Source: Eledone cirrhosa (Eukaryota). From it: DNA of 64,000 nucleotides. A model generated the notes under the pieces. The model worked only from the letters and a program-made list of their open reading frames with translations. It searched no databases and had not been told where the DNA came from. The translations under genes were made by a program, and so were the position numbers. Of this stretch, positions 29,936-44,263 are shown one piece after another. The stretch spans positions 11,098,001 to 11,162,000 of the forward strand of contig OZ024759.1 of NCBI GenBank assembly GCA_964016885.1, in the 5' to 3' direction. The stretch's first letter is position 1, and every line of letters begins with the position of its first letter.

Positions 29936-31063
29936 CATCATCATCATTTTACGTCTGCTTTTCCCTGCTTGCAAGGGTGGGACGGGTCTTATTCAGCACA
30001 GCATCTCTTCACTCGTCACGGTCCCTCGTCATCTCCACCGTGAGCTTCAATGATCTGAGGTCTGTTCTCACCACCTCCGCCCATGTTTTTCGTGGTCTAC
30101 CTCTACCACGTCTTCCTTCAACTGGCAATTCCTGGCACTTCTTCACCCATCGGTCATCCTCCATGCGCATCACATGTCCATACCACCTCAGTCTCCTCTC
30201 CCGTACACTACATTTTATCCCTCTCAGACAGTTTCTCTCTCAACACATCACATGTCCATACCATCTCAGTCTCCTCTCTCGCACACTACATTCTATCCCT
30301 CTCAGACACAGTTTCTCTCTCAACACATCACATGTCCATACCACCTCAGTCTCCTCTCCCGTACACTACATTCTATCCCTCTCAGACACAGTTTCTCTCT
30401 CAACACATCACATGTCCATACCATCTCAGTCTCCTCTCTCGCACACTACATTCTATCCCTCTCAGACACAGTTTCTCTCTCAACACATCACATGTCCATA
30501 CCACCTCTGTCACCTCTCTCGCACACTACATTCTATCTCTCTCAACACATCACATGTCCATACCACCTCTGTCACCTCTCTCGCACACTACATTCTATCC
30601 CTCTCAGACACAGTTTCTCTCTCAACACATCACATGTCCATACCACCTCTGTCACCTCTCTCGCACACTACATTCTATCCCTCTCAGACACAGTTTCTCT
30701 CTCAACACATCACATGTCCATACCACCTCAGTCTCCTCTCTCGCACACTACATTCTATCCCTCTCAGACACAGTTTCTCTCTCAACACATCCATGCTGGG
30801 TCGTTCATGCACATTTACACTGCACATCCAACGGAGCATGCTTGCCTCATTTCTCTCCAGCCGTCGCATATCCTCTGCAGTTGCTGCCCATGTCTCGCTA
30901 CCATGCAGCATTGCGCTCCTCACACAGGCATCATATAACTGGCCTTTCGTATGCAGGGAGAAACCCTTCTTCGTCAACAGAGGAAGCAGCTCCCTAAACT
31001 TCTTCCAACCTGTCCTTATTCTAGATACTATGGCCTCGTAACACCCTCCTCCCATGCTAATCT
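29933..31063 (-). pseudogene. RTE-clade LINE 3' fragment with internal 80-bp array (~30168-30791, ~8 copies)
   Basis: GGGCYEAIVSRIRTGWKKFRELLPLL..LYDACVRSAMLHGSETW..RRLRWYGHVM..GRGRPRKTWAEVVRTDL, then (GAT)n tail. Confidence 0.9.
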
Positions 31064-31315
31064 GATACATACATATATATACATATATACACACACACAG
31101 ACATACATATATATATACACACACATACACACATATATATATATACATATATACACACACACATACATACATACATATATATACATATACACACACACAG
31201 ACATACATATATATATACATATATACACACACATACACACATACATACATATACACACACATACATACATACATACATATATATATATATATGTATGTAT
31301 ATATGTATGTATATA

Positions 31316-31500
31316 CAGTTTCTCTCTCAACACATTTATGCTGGGTCGTTCACGCACATTGACACTGCACAACCAACGGAGCATACTTGCCTCATTTCTC
31401 TCCAGCCGTCGCATATCCTCTGCAGTTGCTGCCCATGTCTCACTACCATGCAACATCGCGCTCCTCACACAGGCATCATACAACCGGCCTTTCGTACGCA
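31316..31500 (-). pseudogene. Second internal fragment of the same RTE family
   Basis: RTKGRLYDACVRSAMLHGSETWAATAEDMRRLERNEASMLRWLC; closely similar to 30770-30955. Confidence 0.85.
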
Positions 31501-31809
31501 TATATATATATACGTATATATATATACGTATATATATATAAATGCAGGTCTGTGGGTTAGTGCTTCCCCCTCTCCCATCCACATTCGTTGTCCAGCCCAT
31601 GCCAGTGTAGAAAGCCGGGTACAGCTCCCAATTTACTACCAGACACAACTCTTTTCAAGGCCATCCCCAGAAGCCAACATTTCATTCCCCTTTCTAGTCT
31701 CACCTCTCCTCCTCTGCCTTCAACACCTCATTGTTGGTGCCATGATAGGATACACTGTCCACTCTTTAGGTTGATAGTGTTGGGGCCTTAATAGACACTT
31801 GGTCCCCTC

Positions 31810-34800
31810 TGTAAGATGGTGGTGTGAGTGCCACGATAAGAGGCTCCCAGTCCACCCTGTAAGATGGTAGTGTTAGTGCCACGATAAGAGGCTCCCAGTC
31901 CACCCTGTAAGATGGTAGTGTTAGTGCCATGATAAGAGGCTCCCAGTCCAGCCTGTAAGATGGTAGTGTTAGTGCCACGATAAGAGGCTCCCAGTCCACC
32001 CTGTAAGATGGTAGTGTTAGTGCCATGATAAGAGGCTCCCAGTCCAGCCTGTAAGATGGTAGGTAGTGTTAGTGCCATGATAAGAGGCTCCCAGTCCACC
32101 CTGTAAGATGGTAGTGTTAGTGCCACGATAAGAGGCTCCCAGTCCACCCTGTAAGATGGTAGTGTTAGTGCCACGATAAGAGGTTCCCAGTCCACCCTGT
32201 AAGATGGTAGGTAGTGTTAGTGCCACGATAAGAGGCTCCCAGTCCACCCTGTAAGATGGTAGTGTTAGTGCCACGATAAGAGGCTCCCAGTCCACCCTGT
32301 AAGATGGTAGTGTTAGTCCCACGATAAGAGGCTCCCAGTCCACCCTGTAAGATGGTAGTGTTAGTGCCACGATAAGGGGCTCCCAGTCCACCCTGTAAGA
32401 TGGTAGTGTTAGTGCCATGATAAGGGGCTCCCAGTCCACCCTGTAAGATGGTAGTGTTAGTGCCATGATAAGGGGCTCCCAGTCCAGCCTGTAAGATGGT
32501 AGTGTTAGTGCCACGATAAGGGGCTCCCAGTCCACCCTATAAGATGGTAGGTAGTGTTAGTGCCATGATAAGAGGCTCCCAGTCCACCCTGTAAGATGGT
32601 AGGTAGTGTTAGTGTCACGATAAGAGGCTCCCAGTCCACCCTGTAAGATGGTAGTGTTAGTGCCACGATAAGAGGCTCCCAGTCCACCCTGTAAGATGGT
32701 AGTGTTAGTGCCACGATAAGAGGCTCCCAGTCCACCCTGTAAGATGGTAGTGTTAGTGCCACGATAAGAGGCTCCCAGTCCACCCTGTAAGATGGTAGTG
32801 TTAGTGCCATGATAAGAGGCTCCCAGTCCAGCCTGTAAGATGGTAGTGTTAGTGCCACGATAAGAGGCTCCCAGTCCACCCTGTAAGATGGTAGTGTTAG
32901 TGCCACGATAAGAGGCTCCCAGTCCACCCTGTAAGATGGTAGGTAGTGTTAGTGCCATGATAAGAGGCTCCCAGTCCACCCTGTAAGATGGTAGGTAGTG
33001 TTAGTGTCACGATAAGAGGCTCCCAGTCCACCCTGTAAGATGGTAGTGTTAGTGCCACGATAAGAGGCTCCCAGTCCACCCTGTAAGATGGTAGTGTTAG
33101 TGCCACGATAAGAGGCTCCCAGTCCACCCTGTAAGATGGTAGTGTTAGTGCCACGATAAGGGGCTCCCAGTCCACCCTGTAAGATGGTAGTGTTAGTGCC
33201 ATGATAAGGGGCTCCCAGTCCACCCTGTAAGATGGTAGTGTTAGTGCCATGATAAGGGGCTCCCAGTCCAGCCTGTAAGATGGTAGTGTTAGTGCCACGA
33301 TAAGGGGCTCCCAGTCCACCCTATAAGATGGTAGGTAGTGTTAGTGCCATGATAAGAGGCTCCCAGTCCACCCTGTAAGATGGTAGGTAGTGTTAGTGTC
33401 ACGATAAGAGGCTCCCAGTCCACCCTGTAAGATGGTAGTGTTAGTGCCACGATAAGAGGCTCCCAGTCCACCCTGTAAGATGGTAGTGTTAGTGCCACGA
33501 TAAGAGGCTCCCAGTCCACCCTGTAAGATGGTAGGTAGTGTTAGTGCCACGATAAGAGGCTCCCAGTCCACCCTGTAAGATGGTAGGTAGTGTTAGTGCC
33601 ACGATAAGAGGCTCCCAGTCCACCCTGTAAGATGGTAGGTAGTGTTAGTGCCACGATAAGAGGCTCCCAGTCCACCCTGTAAGATGGTAGTGTTAGTGCC
33701 ACGATAAGAGGCTCCCAGTCCACCCTGTAAGATGGTAGGTAGTGTTAGTGCCATGATAAGAGGCTCCCAGTCCACCCTGTAAGATGGTAGGTAGTGTTAG
33801 TGCCACGATAAGAGGCTCCCAGTCCACCCTGTAAGATGGTAGGTAGTGTTAGTGCCACGATAAGAGGTTCCCAGTCCACCCTGTAAGATGGTAGGTAGTG
33901 TTAGTGCCACGATAAGAGGCTCCCAGTCCACCCTGTAAGATGGTAGGTAGTGTTAGTGTCATGATAAGAGGCTCCCAGTCCACCCTGTAAGATGGTAGGT
34001 AGTGTTAGTGCCATGATAAGAGGCTCCCAGTCCACCCTGTAAGATGGTAGGTAGTGTTAGTGTCATGATAAGAGGCTCCCAGTCCACCCTGTAAGATGGT
34101 AGGTAGTGTTAGTGTCATGATAAGAGGCTCCCAGTCCACCCTGTAAGATGGTAGGTAGTGTTAGTGTCATGATAAGAGGCTCCCAGTCCACCCTGTAAGA
34201 TGGTAGGTAGTGTTAGTGCCATGATAAGAGGCTCCCAGTCCACCCTGTAAGATGGTAGGTAGTGTTAGTGCCATGATAAGAGGCTCCCAGTCCAGCCTAT
34301 AAGATGGTAGTGTTAGTGCCACGATAAGAGGCTCCCAGTCCACCCTGTAAGATGGTAGGTAGTGTTAGTGCCACGATAAGAGGCTCCCAGTCCACCCTGT
34401 AAGATGGTAGGTAGTGTTAGTGCCATGATAAGAGGCTCCCAGTCCACCCTGTAAGATGGTAGGTAGTGTTAGTGCCACGATAAGAGGCTCCCAGTCCACC
34501 CTGTAAGATGGTAGGTAGTGTTAGTGCCATGATAAGAGGCTCCCAGTCCACCCTGTAAGATGGTAGTGTTAGTGCCATGATAAGAGGCTCCCAGTCCAGC
34601 CTGTAAGATGGTAGGTAGTGTTAGTGCCACGATAAGAGGCTCCCAGTCCACCCTGTAAGATGGTAGGTAGTGTTAGTGCCATGATAAGAGGCTCCCAGTC
34701 CACCCTGTAAGATGGTAGTGTTAGTCCCACGATAAGAGGCTCCCAGTCCACCCTGTAAGATGGTAGTGTTAGTGCCATGATAAGAGGCTCCCAGTCCAGC

Positions 34801-37800
34801 CTGTAAGATGGTAGGTAGTGTTAGTGCCATGATAAGAGGCTCCCAGTCCACCCTGTAAGATGGTAGGTAGTGTTAGTGCCATGATAAGAGGCTCCCAGTC
34901 CACCCTGTAAGATGGTAGTGTTAGTGCCACGATAAGAGGCTCCCAGTCCAGCCTGTAAGATGGTAGTGTTAGTGCCATGATAAGAGGCTCCCAGTCCACC
35001 CTGTAAGATGGTAGGTAGTGTTAGTGCCATGATAAGAGGCTCCCAGTCCACCCTGTAAGATGGTAGGTAGTGTTAGTGCCACGATAAGAGGCTCCCAGTC
35101 CAGCCTGTAAGATGGTAGGTAGTGTTAGTGCCACGATAAGAGGCTCCCAGTCCACCCTGTAAGATGGTAGGTAGTGTTAGTGCCATGATAAGAGGCTCCC
35201 AGTCCACCCTGTAAGATGGTAGGTAGTGTTAGTGCCATGATAAGAGGCTCCCAGTCCACCCTGTAAGATGGTAGGTAGTGTTAGTGCCATGATAAGAGGC
35301 TCCCAGTCCAGCCTGTAAGATGGTAGGTAGTGTTAGTGCCATGATAAGAGGCTTCCAGTCCACCCTGTAAGATGGTAGGTAGTGTTAGTGCCATGATAAG
35401 AGGCTCCCAGTCCACCCTGTAAGATGGTAGGTAGTGTTAGTGCCACGATAAGAGGCTCCCAGTCCACCCTGTAAGATGGTAGGTAGTGTTAGTGCCATGA
35501 TAAGAGGCTCCCAGTCCACCCTGTAAGATGGTAGGTAGTGTTAGTGCCACGATAAGAGGCTCCCAGTCCAGCCTGTAAGATGGTAGGTAGTGTTAGTGCC
35601 ATGATAAGGGGCTCCCAGTCCAGCCTGTAAGATGGTAGGTAGTGTTAGTGCCACGATAAGAGGCTCCCAGTCCACCCTGTAAGATGGTAGGTAGTGTTAG
35701 TGCCACGATAAGAGGCTCCCAGTCCACCCTGTAAGATGGTAGGTAGTGTTAGTGCCATGATAAGAGGCTCCCAGTCCAGCCTGTAAGATGGTAGGTAGTG
35801 TTAGTGCCATGATAAGGGGCTCCCAGTCCAGCCTGTAAGATGGTAGGTAGTGTTAGTGCCACGATAAGAGGCTCCCAGTCCAGCCTGTAAGATGGTAGTG
35901 TTAGTGCCATGATAAGAGGCTCCCAGTCCACCCTGTAAGATGGTAGGTAGTGTTAGTGCCATGATAAGAGGCTCCCAGTCCACCCTGTAAGATGGTAGTG
36001 TTAGTGCCATGATAAGAGGCTCCCAGTCCACCCTGTAAGATGGTAGTGTTAGTGTCAAGATAAGAGGCTCCCAGTCCACCCTATAAGATGGTAGGTAGTG
36101 TTAGTGCCACGATAAGAGGCTCCCAGTCCACCCTGTAAGATGGTAGTGTTAGTGCCATGATAAGAGGCTCCCAGTCCACCCTGTAAGATGGTAGTGTTAG
36201 TGCCACGATAAGAGGCTCCCAGTCCACCCTGTAAGATGGTAGTGTTAGTGCCACGATAAGAGGCTCCCAGTCCAGCCTGTAAGATGGTAGTGTTAGTGCC
36301 ACGATAAGAGGCTCCCAGTCCAGCCTGTAAGATGGTAGTGTTAGTGCCACGATAAGAGGCTCCCAGTCCACCCTGTAAGATGGTAGTGTTAGTGCCATGA
36401 TAAGAGGCTCCCAGTCCACCCTGTAAGATGGTAGGTAGTGTTAGTGCCATGATAAGAGGCTCCCAGTCCACCCTGTAAGATGGTAGGTAGTGTTAGTGTC
36501 ATGATAAGAGGCTCCCAGTCCACCCTGTAAGATGGTAGGTAGTGTTAGTGTCATGATAAGAGGCTCCCAGTCCACCCTGTAAGATGGTAGGTAGTGTTAG
36601 TGTCATGATAAGAGGCTCCCAGTCCACCCTGTAAGATGGTAGGTAGTGTTAGTGCCATGATAAGAGGCTCCCAGTCCACCCTGTAAGATGGTAGGTAGTG
36701 TTAGTGCCATGATAAGAGGCTCCCAGTCCAGCCTATAAGATGGTAGTGTTAGTGCCACGATAAGAGGCTCCCAGTCCACCCTGTAAGATGGTAGGTAGTG
36801 TTAGTGCCACGATAAGAGGCTCCCAGTCCACCCTGTAAGATGGTAGGTAGTGTTAGTGCCATGATAAGAGGCTCCCAGTCCACCCTGTAAGATGGTAGGT
36901 AGTGTTAGTGCCACGATAAGAGGCTCCCAGTCCACCCTGTAAGATGGTAGGTAGTGTTAGTGCCATGATAAGAGGCTCCCAGTCCACCCTGTAAGATGGT
37001 AGTGTTAGTGCCATGATAAGAGGCTCCCAGTCCAGCCTGTAAGATGGTAGGTAGTGTTAGTGCCACGATAAGAGGCTCCCAGTCCACCCTGTAAGATGGT
37101 AGGTAGTGTTAGTGCCATGATAAGAGGCTCCCAGTCCACCCTGTAAGATGGTAGTGTTAGTCCCACGATAAGAGGCTCCCAGTCCACCCTGTAAGATGGT
37201 AGTGTTAGTGCCATGATAAGAGGCTCCCAGTCCAGCCTGTAAGATGGTAGGTAGTGTTAGTGCCATGATAAGAGGCTCCCAGTCCACCCTGTAAGATGGT
37301 AGGTAGTGTTAGTGCCATGATAAGAGGCTCCCAGTCCACCCTGTAAGATGGTAGTGTTAGTGCCACGATAAGAGGCTCCCAGTCCAGCCTGTAAGATGGT
37401 AGTGTTAGTGCCATGATAAGAGGCTCCCAGTCCACCCTGTAAGATGGTAGGTAGTGTTAGTGCCATGATAAGAGGCTCCCAGTCCACCCTGTAAGATGGT
37501 AGGTAGTGTTAGTGCCACGATAAGAGGCTCCCAGTCCAGCCTGTAAGATGGTAGGTAGTGTTAGTGCCACGATAAGAGGCTCCCAGTCCACCCTGTAAGA
37601 TGGTAGGTAGTGTTAGTGCCATGATAAGAGGCTCCCAGTCCACCCTGTAAGATGGTAGGTAGTGTTAGTGCCATGATAAGAGGCTCCCAGTCCACCCTGT
37701 AAGATGGTAGGTAGTGTTAGTGCCATGATAAGAGGCTCCCAGTCCAGCCTGTAAGATGGTAGGTAGTGTTAGTGCCATGATAAGAGGCTTCCAGTCCACC

Positions 37801-40507
37801 CTGTAAGATGGTAGGTAGTGTTAGTGCCATGATAAGAGGCTCCCAGTCCACCCTGTAAGATGGTAGGTAGTGTTAGTGCCACGATAAGAGGCTCCCAGTC
37901 CACCCTGTAAGATGGTAGGTAGTGTTAGTGCCATGATAAGAGGCTCCCAGTCCACCCTGTAAGATGGTAGGTAGTGTTAGTGCCACGATAAGAGGCTCCC
38001 AGTCCAGCCTGTAAGATGGTAGGTAGTGTTAGTGCCATGATAAGGGGCTCCCAGTCCAGCCTGTAAGATGGTAGGTAGTGTTAGTGCCACGATAAGAGGC
38101 TCCCAGTCCACCCTGTAAGATGGTAGGTAGTGTTAGTGCCACGATAAGAGGCTCCCAGTCCACCCTGTAAGATGGTAGGTAGTGTTAGTGCCATGATAAG
38201 AGGCTCCCAGTCCAGCCTGTAAGATGGTAGGTAGTGTTAGTGCCATGATAAGGGGCTCCCAGTCCAGCCTGTAAGATGGTAGGTAGTGTTAGTGCCACGA
38301 TAAGAGGCTCCCAGTCCAGCCTGTAAGATGGTAGTGTTAGTGCCATGATAAGAGGCTCCCAGTCCACCCTGTAAGATGGTAGGTAGTGTTAGTGCCATGA
38401 TAAGAGGCTCCCAGTCCACCCTGTAAGATGGTAGTGTTAGTGCCATGATAAGAGGCTCCCAGTCCACCCTGTAAGATGGTAGTGTTAGTGTCATGATAAG
38501 AGGCTCCCAGTCCACCCTATAAGATGGTAGGTAGTGTTAGTGCCACGATAAGAGGCTCCCAGTCCACCCTGTAAGATGGTAGTGTTAGTGCCATGATAAG
38601 AGGCTCCCAGTCCACCCTGTAAGATGGTAGTGTTAGTGCCACGATAAGAGGCTCCCAGTCCACCCTGTAAGATGGTAGTGTTAGTGCCACGATAAGAGGC
38701 TCCCAGTCCAGCCTGTAAGATGGTAGTGTTAGTGCCACGATAAGAGGCTCCCAGTCCAGCCTGTAAGATGGTAGTGTTAGTGCCACGATAAGAGGCTCCC
38801 AGTCCACCCTGTAAGATGGTAGTGTTAGTGCCATGATAAGAGGCTCCCAGTCCACCCTGTAAGATGGTAGGTAGTGTTAGTGCCACGATAAGAGGCTCCC
38901 AGTCCACCCTGTAAGATGGTAGTGTTAGTGCCACGATAAGAGGCTCCCAGTCCAGCCTGTAAGATGGTAGGTAGTGTTAGTGCCATGATAAGAGGCTCCC
39001 AGTCCACCCTGTAAGATGGTAGGTAGTGTTAGTGCCATGATAAGAGGCTCCCAGTCCACCCTGTAAGATGGTAGGTAGTGTTAGTGCCATGATAAGAGGC
39101 TCCCAGTCCACCCTGTAAGATGGTAGGTAGTGTTAGTGCCATGATAAGAGGCTCCCAGTCCACCCTGTAAGATGGTAGTGTTAGTGCCACGATAAGAGGC
39201 TCCCAGTCCACCCTGTAAGATGGTAGGTAGTGTTAGTGCCATGATAAGAGGCTCCCAGTCCACCCTGTAAGATGGTAGGTAGTGTTAGTGCCATGATAAG
39301 AGGCTCCCAGTCCACCCTGTAAGATGGTAGGTAGTGTTAGTGCCACGATAAGAGGCTCCCAGTCCACCCTGTAAGATGGTAGGTAGTGTTAGTGCCACGA
39401 TAAGAGGCTCCCAGTCCACCCTGTAAGATGGTAGGTAGTGTTAGTGCCATGATAAGAGGCTCCCAGTCCAGCCTGTAAGATGGTAGGTAGTGTTAGTGCC
39501 ATGATAAGAGGCTCCCAGTCCAGCCTGTAAGATGGTAGGTAGTGTTAGTGCCACGATAAGAGGCTCCCAGTCCAGCCTGTAAGATGGTAGGTAGTGTTAG
39601 TGCCACGATAAGAGGCTCCCAGTTCATGCTGTAAGATGGTAGTGTTAGTGCCATGATAAGAGGCTCGCAGTCCACCCTGTAAGATGGTAGGTAGTGTTAG
39701 TGCCACGATAAGAGGCTCCCAGTCCACCCTGTAAGATGGTAGGTAGTGTTAGTGCCATGATAAGAGGCTCCCAGTCCACCCTGTAAGATGGTAGGTAGTG
39801 TTAGTGCCACGATAAGAGGCTCCCAGTTCATGCTGTAAGATGGTAGTGTTAGTGCCATGATAAGAGGCTCGCAGTCCACCCTGTAAGATGGTAGGTAGTG
39901 TTAGTGCCACGATAAGAGGCTCCCAGTCCACCCTGTAAGATGGTAGGTAGTGTTAGTGCCATGATAAGAGGCTCCCAGTCCACCCTGTAAGATGGTAGGT
40001 AGTGTTAGTGCCATGATAAGAGGCTCCCAGTCCACCCTGTAAGATGGTAGGTAGTGTTAGTGCCACGATAAGAGGCTCCCAGTCCACCCTGTAAGATGGT
40101 AGGTAGTGTTAGTGCCACGATAAGAGGCTCCCAGTCCACCCTCTAAGATGGTAGGTAGTGTTAGTGCCATGATAAGAGGCTCCCAGTCCAGCCTGTAAGA
40201 TGGTAGGTAGTGTTAGTGCCATGATAAGAGGCTCCCAGTCCAGCCTGTAAGATGGTAGGTAGTGTTAGTGCCACGATAAGAGGCTCCCAGTCCAGCCTGT
40301 AAGATGGTAGGTAGTGTTAGTGCCACGATAAGAGGCTCCCAGTTCATGCTGTAAGATGGTAGTATTAGTGCCATGATAAGAGGCTCGCAGTCCACCCTGT
40401 AAGATGGTAGGTAGTGTTAGTGCCACGATAAGAGGCTCCCAGTCCACCCTGTAAGATGGTAGGTAGTGTTAGTGCCATGATAAGAGGCTCCCAGTTCATG
40501 CTGTAAA
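31810..40507. repeat. ~8.7-kb 48/52-bp minisatellite, SINE-derived
   Basis: Unit GTAAGATG(GTAG)GTAGTGTTAGTGCCA(C/T)GATAAGAGGCTCCCAGTCCACCCT; exits into CTGTAAAGTAGTTGTCTTTAGGATGGGAATCTAGCC, resembling 1950-1985. Confidence 0.97.
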
Positions 40508-40924
40508 GTAGTTGTCTTTAGGATGGGAATCTAGCCATTGCAATCATGTGACCCAAAAACTGAGCTGATGAGTAAGATGTCACCTGATTTGTCAAGCCAG
40601 AAAATGTCTTCCAACATACAGTGGCATCACTTAATTTAAAGTCAATGGCAAAATAATAATTTAAATAGTGATAAATTTAATTTTGATTATTTTTGTTTAT
40701 TTAATTGCTGTAAATGAAGAAAAAGAGATTTTTGTATTCTTTTAAATGACGTAAGTTTGAAATCGGAACATTTCAATTTAGTTCAATGTATTTATTGACC
40801 AGATCAATATCACCAGAAATACATGTTACTGAATTTAAAAACTTTTAAAGCAAATAGTTTATTTATTTATTTAAAATGGAATCTATGTTTTAAAGGAAAA
40901 GAAAAAGGAGCGACATGTGTGACT

Positions 40925-43218
40925 GGACCAAGGAAACAATGTTTCCATTGGTCTTTCCATTGCTAATACTGTCTATTAGTTACAACTCGTGGCAGAAGAA
41001 AGGAGGTGATTGTCAGAGTGGACCAAGGAAACAATGTTCCCATTGGTCTTTCCATTGCTAATACTGTCTATTAGTTACAACTCGTGGCAGAAGAAAGGAG
41101 GTGATTGTCAGAGTGGACCAAGGAAACAATGTTTCCATTGGTCTTTCCATTGCTAATACTGTCTATTAGTTACAACTGGTGGCAGAAGGAGGTGATTGTC
41201 AGAGTGGACCAAGGAAACAATGTTTCCATTGGTCTTTCCATTGCTGATACTGTCTATTAGTTACAACTGGTGGCAGAAGGAGGTGATTGTCAGAGTGGAC
41301 CAAGGAAACAATGTTTCCATTGGTCTTTCCATTGCTGATACTGTCTATTAGTTACAACTGGTGGCAGAAGGAGGTGATTGTCAGAGTGGACCAAGGAAAC
41401 AATGTTTCCATTGGTCTTTCCATTGCTAATACTGTCTATTAGTTACAACTCGTGGCAGAAGAAAGGAGGTGATTGTCAGAGTGGACCAAGGAAACAATGT
41501 TTCCATTAGTCTTTCCATTGCTAATACTGTCTATTAGTTACAACTCGTGGCAGAAGAAAGGAGGTGATTGTCAGAGTGGACCAAGGAAACAATGTTTCCA
41601 TTAGTCTTTCCATTGCTAATACTGTCTATTAGTTACAACTCGTGGCAGAAGAAAGGAGGTGATTGTCAGAGTGGACCAAGGAAACAATGTTTCCATTAGT
41701 CTTTCCATTGCTAATACTGTCTATTAGTTACAACTCGTGGCAGAAGAAAGGAGGTGATTGTCAGAGTGGACCAAGGAAACAATGTTTCCATTAGTCTTTC
41801 CATTGCTAATACTGTCTATTAGTTACAACTCGTGGCAGAAGAAAGGAGGTGATTGTCAGAGTGGACCAAGGAAACAATGTTTCCATTAGTCTTTCCATTG
41901 CTAATACTGTCTATTAGTTACAACTCGTGGCAGAAGAAAGGAGGTGATTGTCAGAGTGGACCAAGGAAACAATGTTTCCATTGGTCTTTCCATTGCTAAT
42001 ACTGTCTATTAGTTACAACTCGTGGCAGAAGAAAGGAGGTGATTGTCAGAGTGGACCAAGGAAACAATGTTTCCATTGGTCTTTCCATTGCTAATACTGT
42101 CTATTAGTTACAACTCCTGGCAGAAGAAAGGAGGTGATTGTCAGAGTGGACCAAGGAAACAATGTTTCCATTAGTCTTTCCATTGCTAATACTGTCTATT
42201 AGTTACAACTGGTGGCAGAAGAAAGGAGCTGATTGTCAGAGTGGACCAAGGAAACAATGTTTCCATTGGTCTTTCCATTGCTAATACTGTCTATTAGTTA
42301 CAACTCCTGGCAGAAGAAAGGAGGTGATTGTCAGAGTGGACCAAGGAAACAATGTTTCCATTAGTCTTTCCATTGCTAATACTGTCTATTAGTTACAACT
42401 GGTGGCAGAAGAAAGGAGCTGATTGTCAGAGTGGACCAAGGAAACAATGTTTCCATTGGTCTTTCCATTGCTAATACTGTCTATTAGTTACAACTCGTGG
42501 CAGAAGAAAGGAGCTGATTGTCAGAGTGGACCAAGGAAACAATGTTCCCATTAGTCTTTCCATTGCTAATACTGTCTATTAGTTACAACTGGTGGCAGAA
42601 GAAAGGAGGTGATTGTCAGAGTGGACCAAGGAAACAATGTTTCCATTAGTCTTTCCATTGCTAATACTGTCTATTAGTTACAACTCCTGGCAGAAGAAAG
42701 GAGGTGATTGTCAGAGTGGACCAAGGAAACAATGTTTCCATTGGTCTTTCCATTGCTAATACTGTCTATTAGTTACAACTGGTGGCAGAAGAAAGGAGGT
42801 GATTGTCAGAGTGGACCAAGGAAACAATGTTTCCATTAGTCTTTCCATTGCTAATACTGTCTATTAGTTACAACTCGTGGCAGAAGAAAGGAGGTGATTG
42901 TCAGAGTGGACCAAGGAAACAATGTTTCCATTAGTCTTTCCATTGCTAATACTGTCTATTAGTTACAACTCGTGGCAGAAGAAAGGAGGTGATTGTCAGA
43001 GTGGACCAAGGAAACAATGTTTCCATTAGTCTTTCCATTGCTAATACTGTCTATTAGTTACAACTCGTGGCAGAAGAAAGGAGGTGATTGTCAGAGTGGA
43101 CCAAGGAAACAATGTTTCCATTAGTCTTTCCATTGCTAATACTGTCTATTAGTTACAAATCGTGGCAGAAGAAAGGAGGTGATTGTCAGAGTGGACCAAG
43201 GAAACAATGTTTCCATTG
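40925..43218. repeat. 95-bp (variant 91-bp) minisatellite, ~24 copies
   Basis: Unit begins GGACCAAGGAAACAATGTTTCCATTGGTC at 40925, 41020, etc. Confidence 0.97.
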
Positions 43219-43468
43219 GTGGTGTTATCTGCCAGTTACAACTCCTGGTGGAAGAAGCAATGTCAAACCAAGTATTTTGTCCTATTATGAAAAGCAATGT
43301 GAAATGAAGTCTCTTGCTCAAGAACACAACACACTGCTCAGTAATAAAATAAAGCCCACGGATTAACCCTTCCATTACTATATTTCTAATGTAATACACT
43401 GTACTTGAATTAACAATGGAAGGATTTAGATATTTGTAACATAACTTCACAAAAGGTTCTTATATAAT

Positions 43469-43644
43469 TGTTTCTACGTTAGGCACAAGGCCAGCAAATT
43501 ACCCAGTGTATTACTGGTACTTTATTTTATCGACCCCGTAAGGATGAAAGGCAAAGTTAACCTCGGCGGGATTTGAACTCAGAATGGCAAGGGCCGTAAC
43601 TCTATGCGTCAAAGCATGGCGTCCGACCCTCTCCCAATACTGCC
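43469..43644 (-). mobile_element. tRNA-derived SINE, 17-bp TSD, inside a TTAA-type MITE remnant starting at 43363
   Basis: TSD AAAGGTTCTTATATAAT at 43452-43468 and 43645-43661; host begins TTAACCCTTCCATTAC. Confidence 0.88.
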
Positions 43645-43799
43645 AAAGGTTCTTATATAATGTTGGGAGATATTATTTTAAATAGGAATAAAAAGGGTAG
43701 TTTTGTTTCAGAGCAACATATACTGGGAGAATTTAATCGTAACACTAGCACTACCACCCTATGGGGTACTGACTGTTACTTTTTCTTAACACCAACAAT

Positions 43800-44090
43800 A
43801 TCGCCTTATAGGGCGCCAGCACTACCACTTTACAGTGTGTACTGGGTGTATTTTATCATGGTACCAACACTACCACTTTATAGTGTACTGGGTGTATTTT
43901 ATCATGGCACCAGCACTACCATTTTATAGTGTACTGGGTGTATTTTATCATGATACCAACACTACCACTTTTCAGAGTGTACTGGGTGTATTTTATCATG
44001 GCACCAGCACTACCACTTTGCAGAGTGTATTGGTGTATTTTACTGTAGCACCAAAGTTATCACTTTACAGAGTGTACTGGGTATATTGTG
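43800..44090. repeat. Short ~49-51-bp array related to the 60-bp and 48-bp arrays
   Basis: GTGTACTGGGTGTATTTTATCATGGCACCAGCACTACCACTTT, about 5 copies. Confidence 0.8.
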
Positions 44091-44263
44091 GCTCACACAG
44101 TAAAACCAAGAAGGCCAATAGGTAATATTGTATAAATTATCCCAAGACTTACAAAAAATTCTTTTTTTTTTTTTATAGAGTAGTGGGATTATCTTTGTTG
44201 AAATCTCATGTCAACCTATTTCTACAAGTTTTCAATCTAGTGATGGGGACACTGCCCAAGTCT

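Noticed and set aside
40560-40612. CTGATGA..GAAA as a further hammerhead (also 45780-45812 minus, 49824, and CTGAGGA in the 31-bp unit)
   Set aside because: No compatible stems I/II or no GAAA partner.
31810-43218. CRISPR-like appearance of regular repeats (also 11923 and 54145)
   Set aside because: No unique spacers and no cas genes; pure tandem units in eukaryotic DNA.
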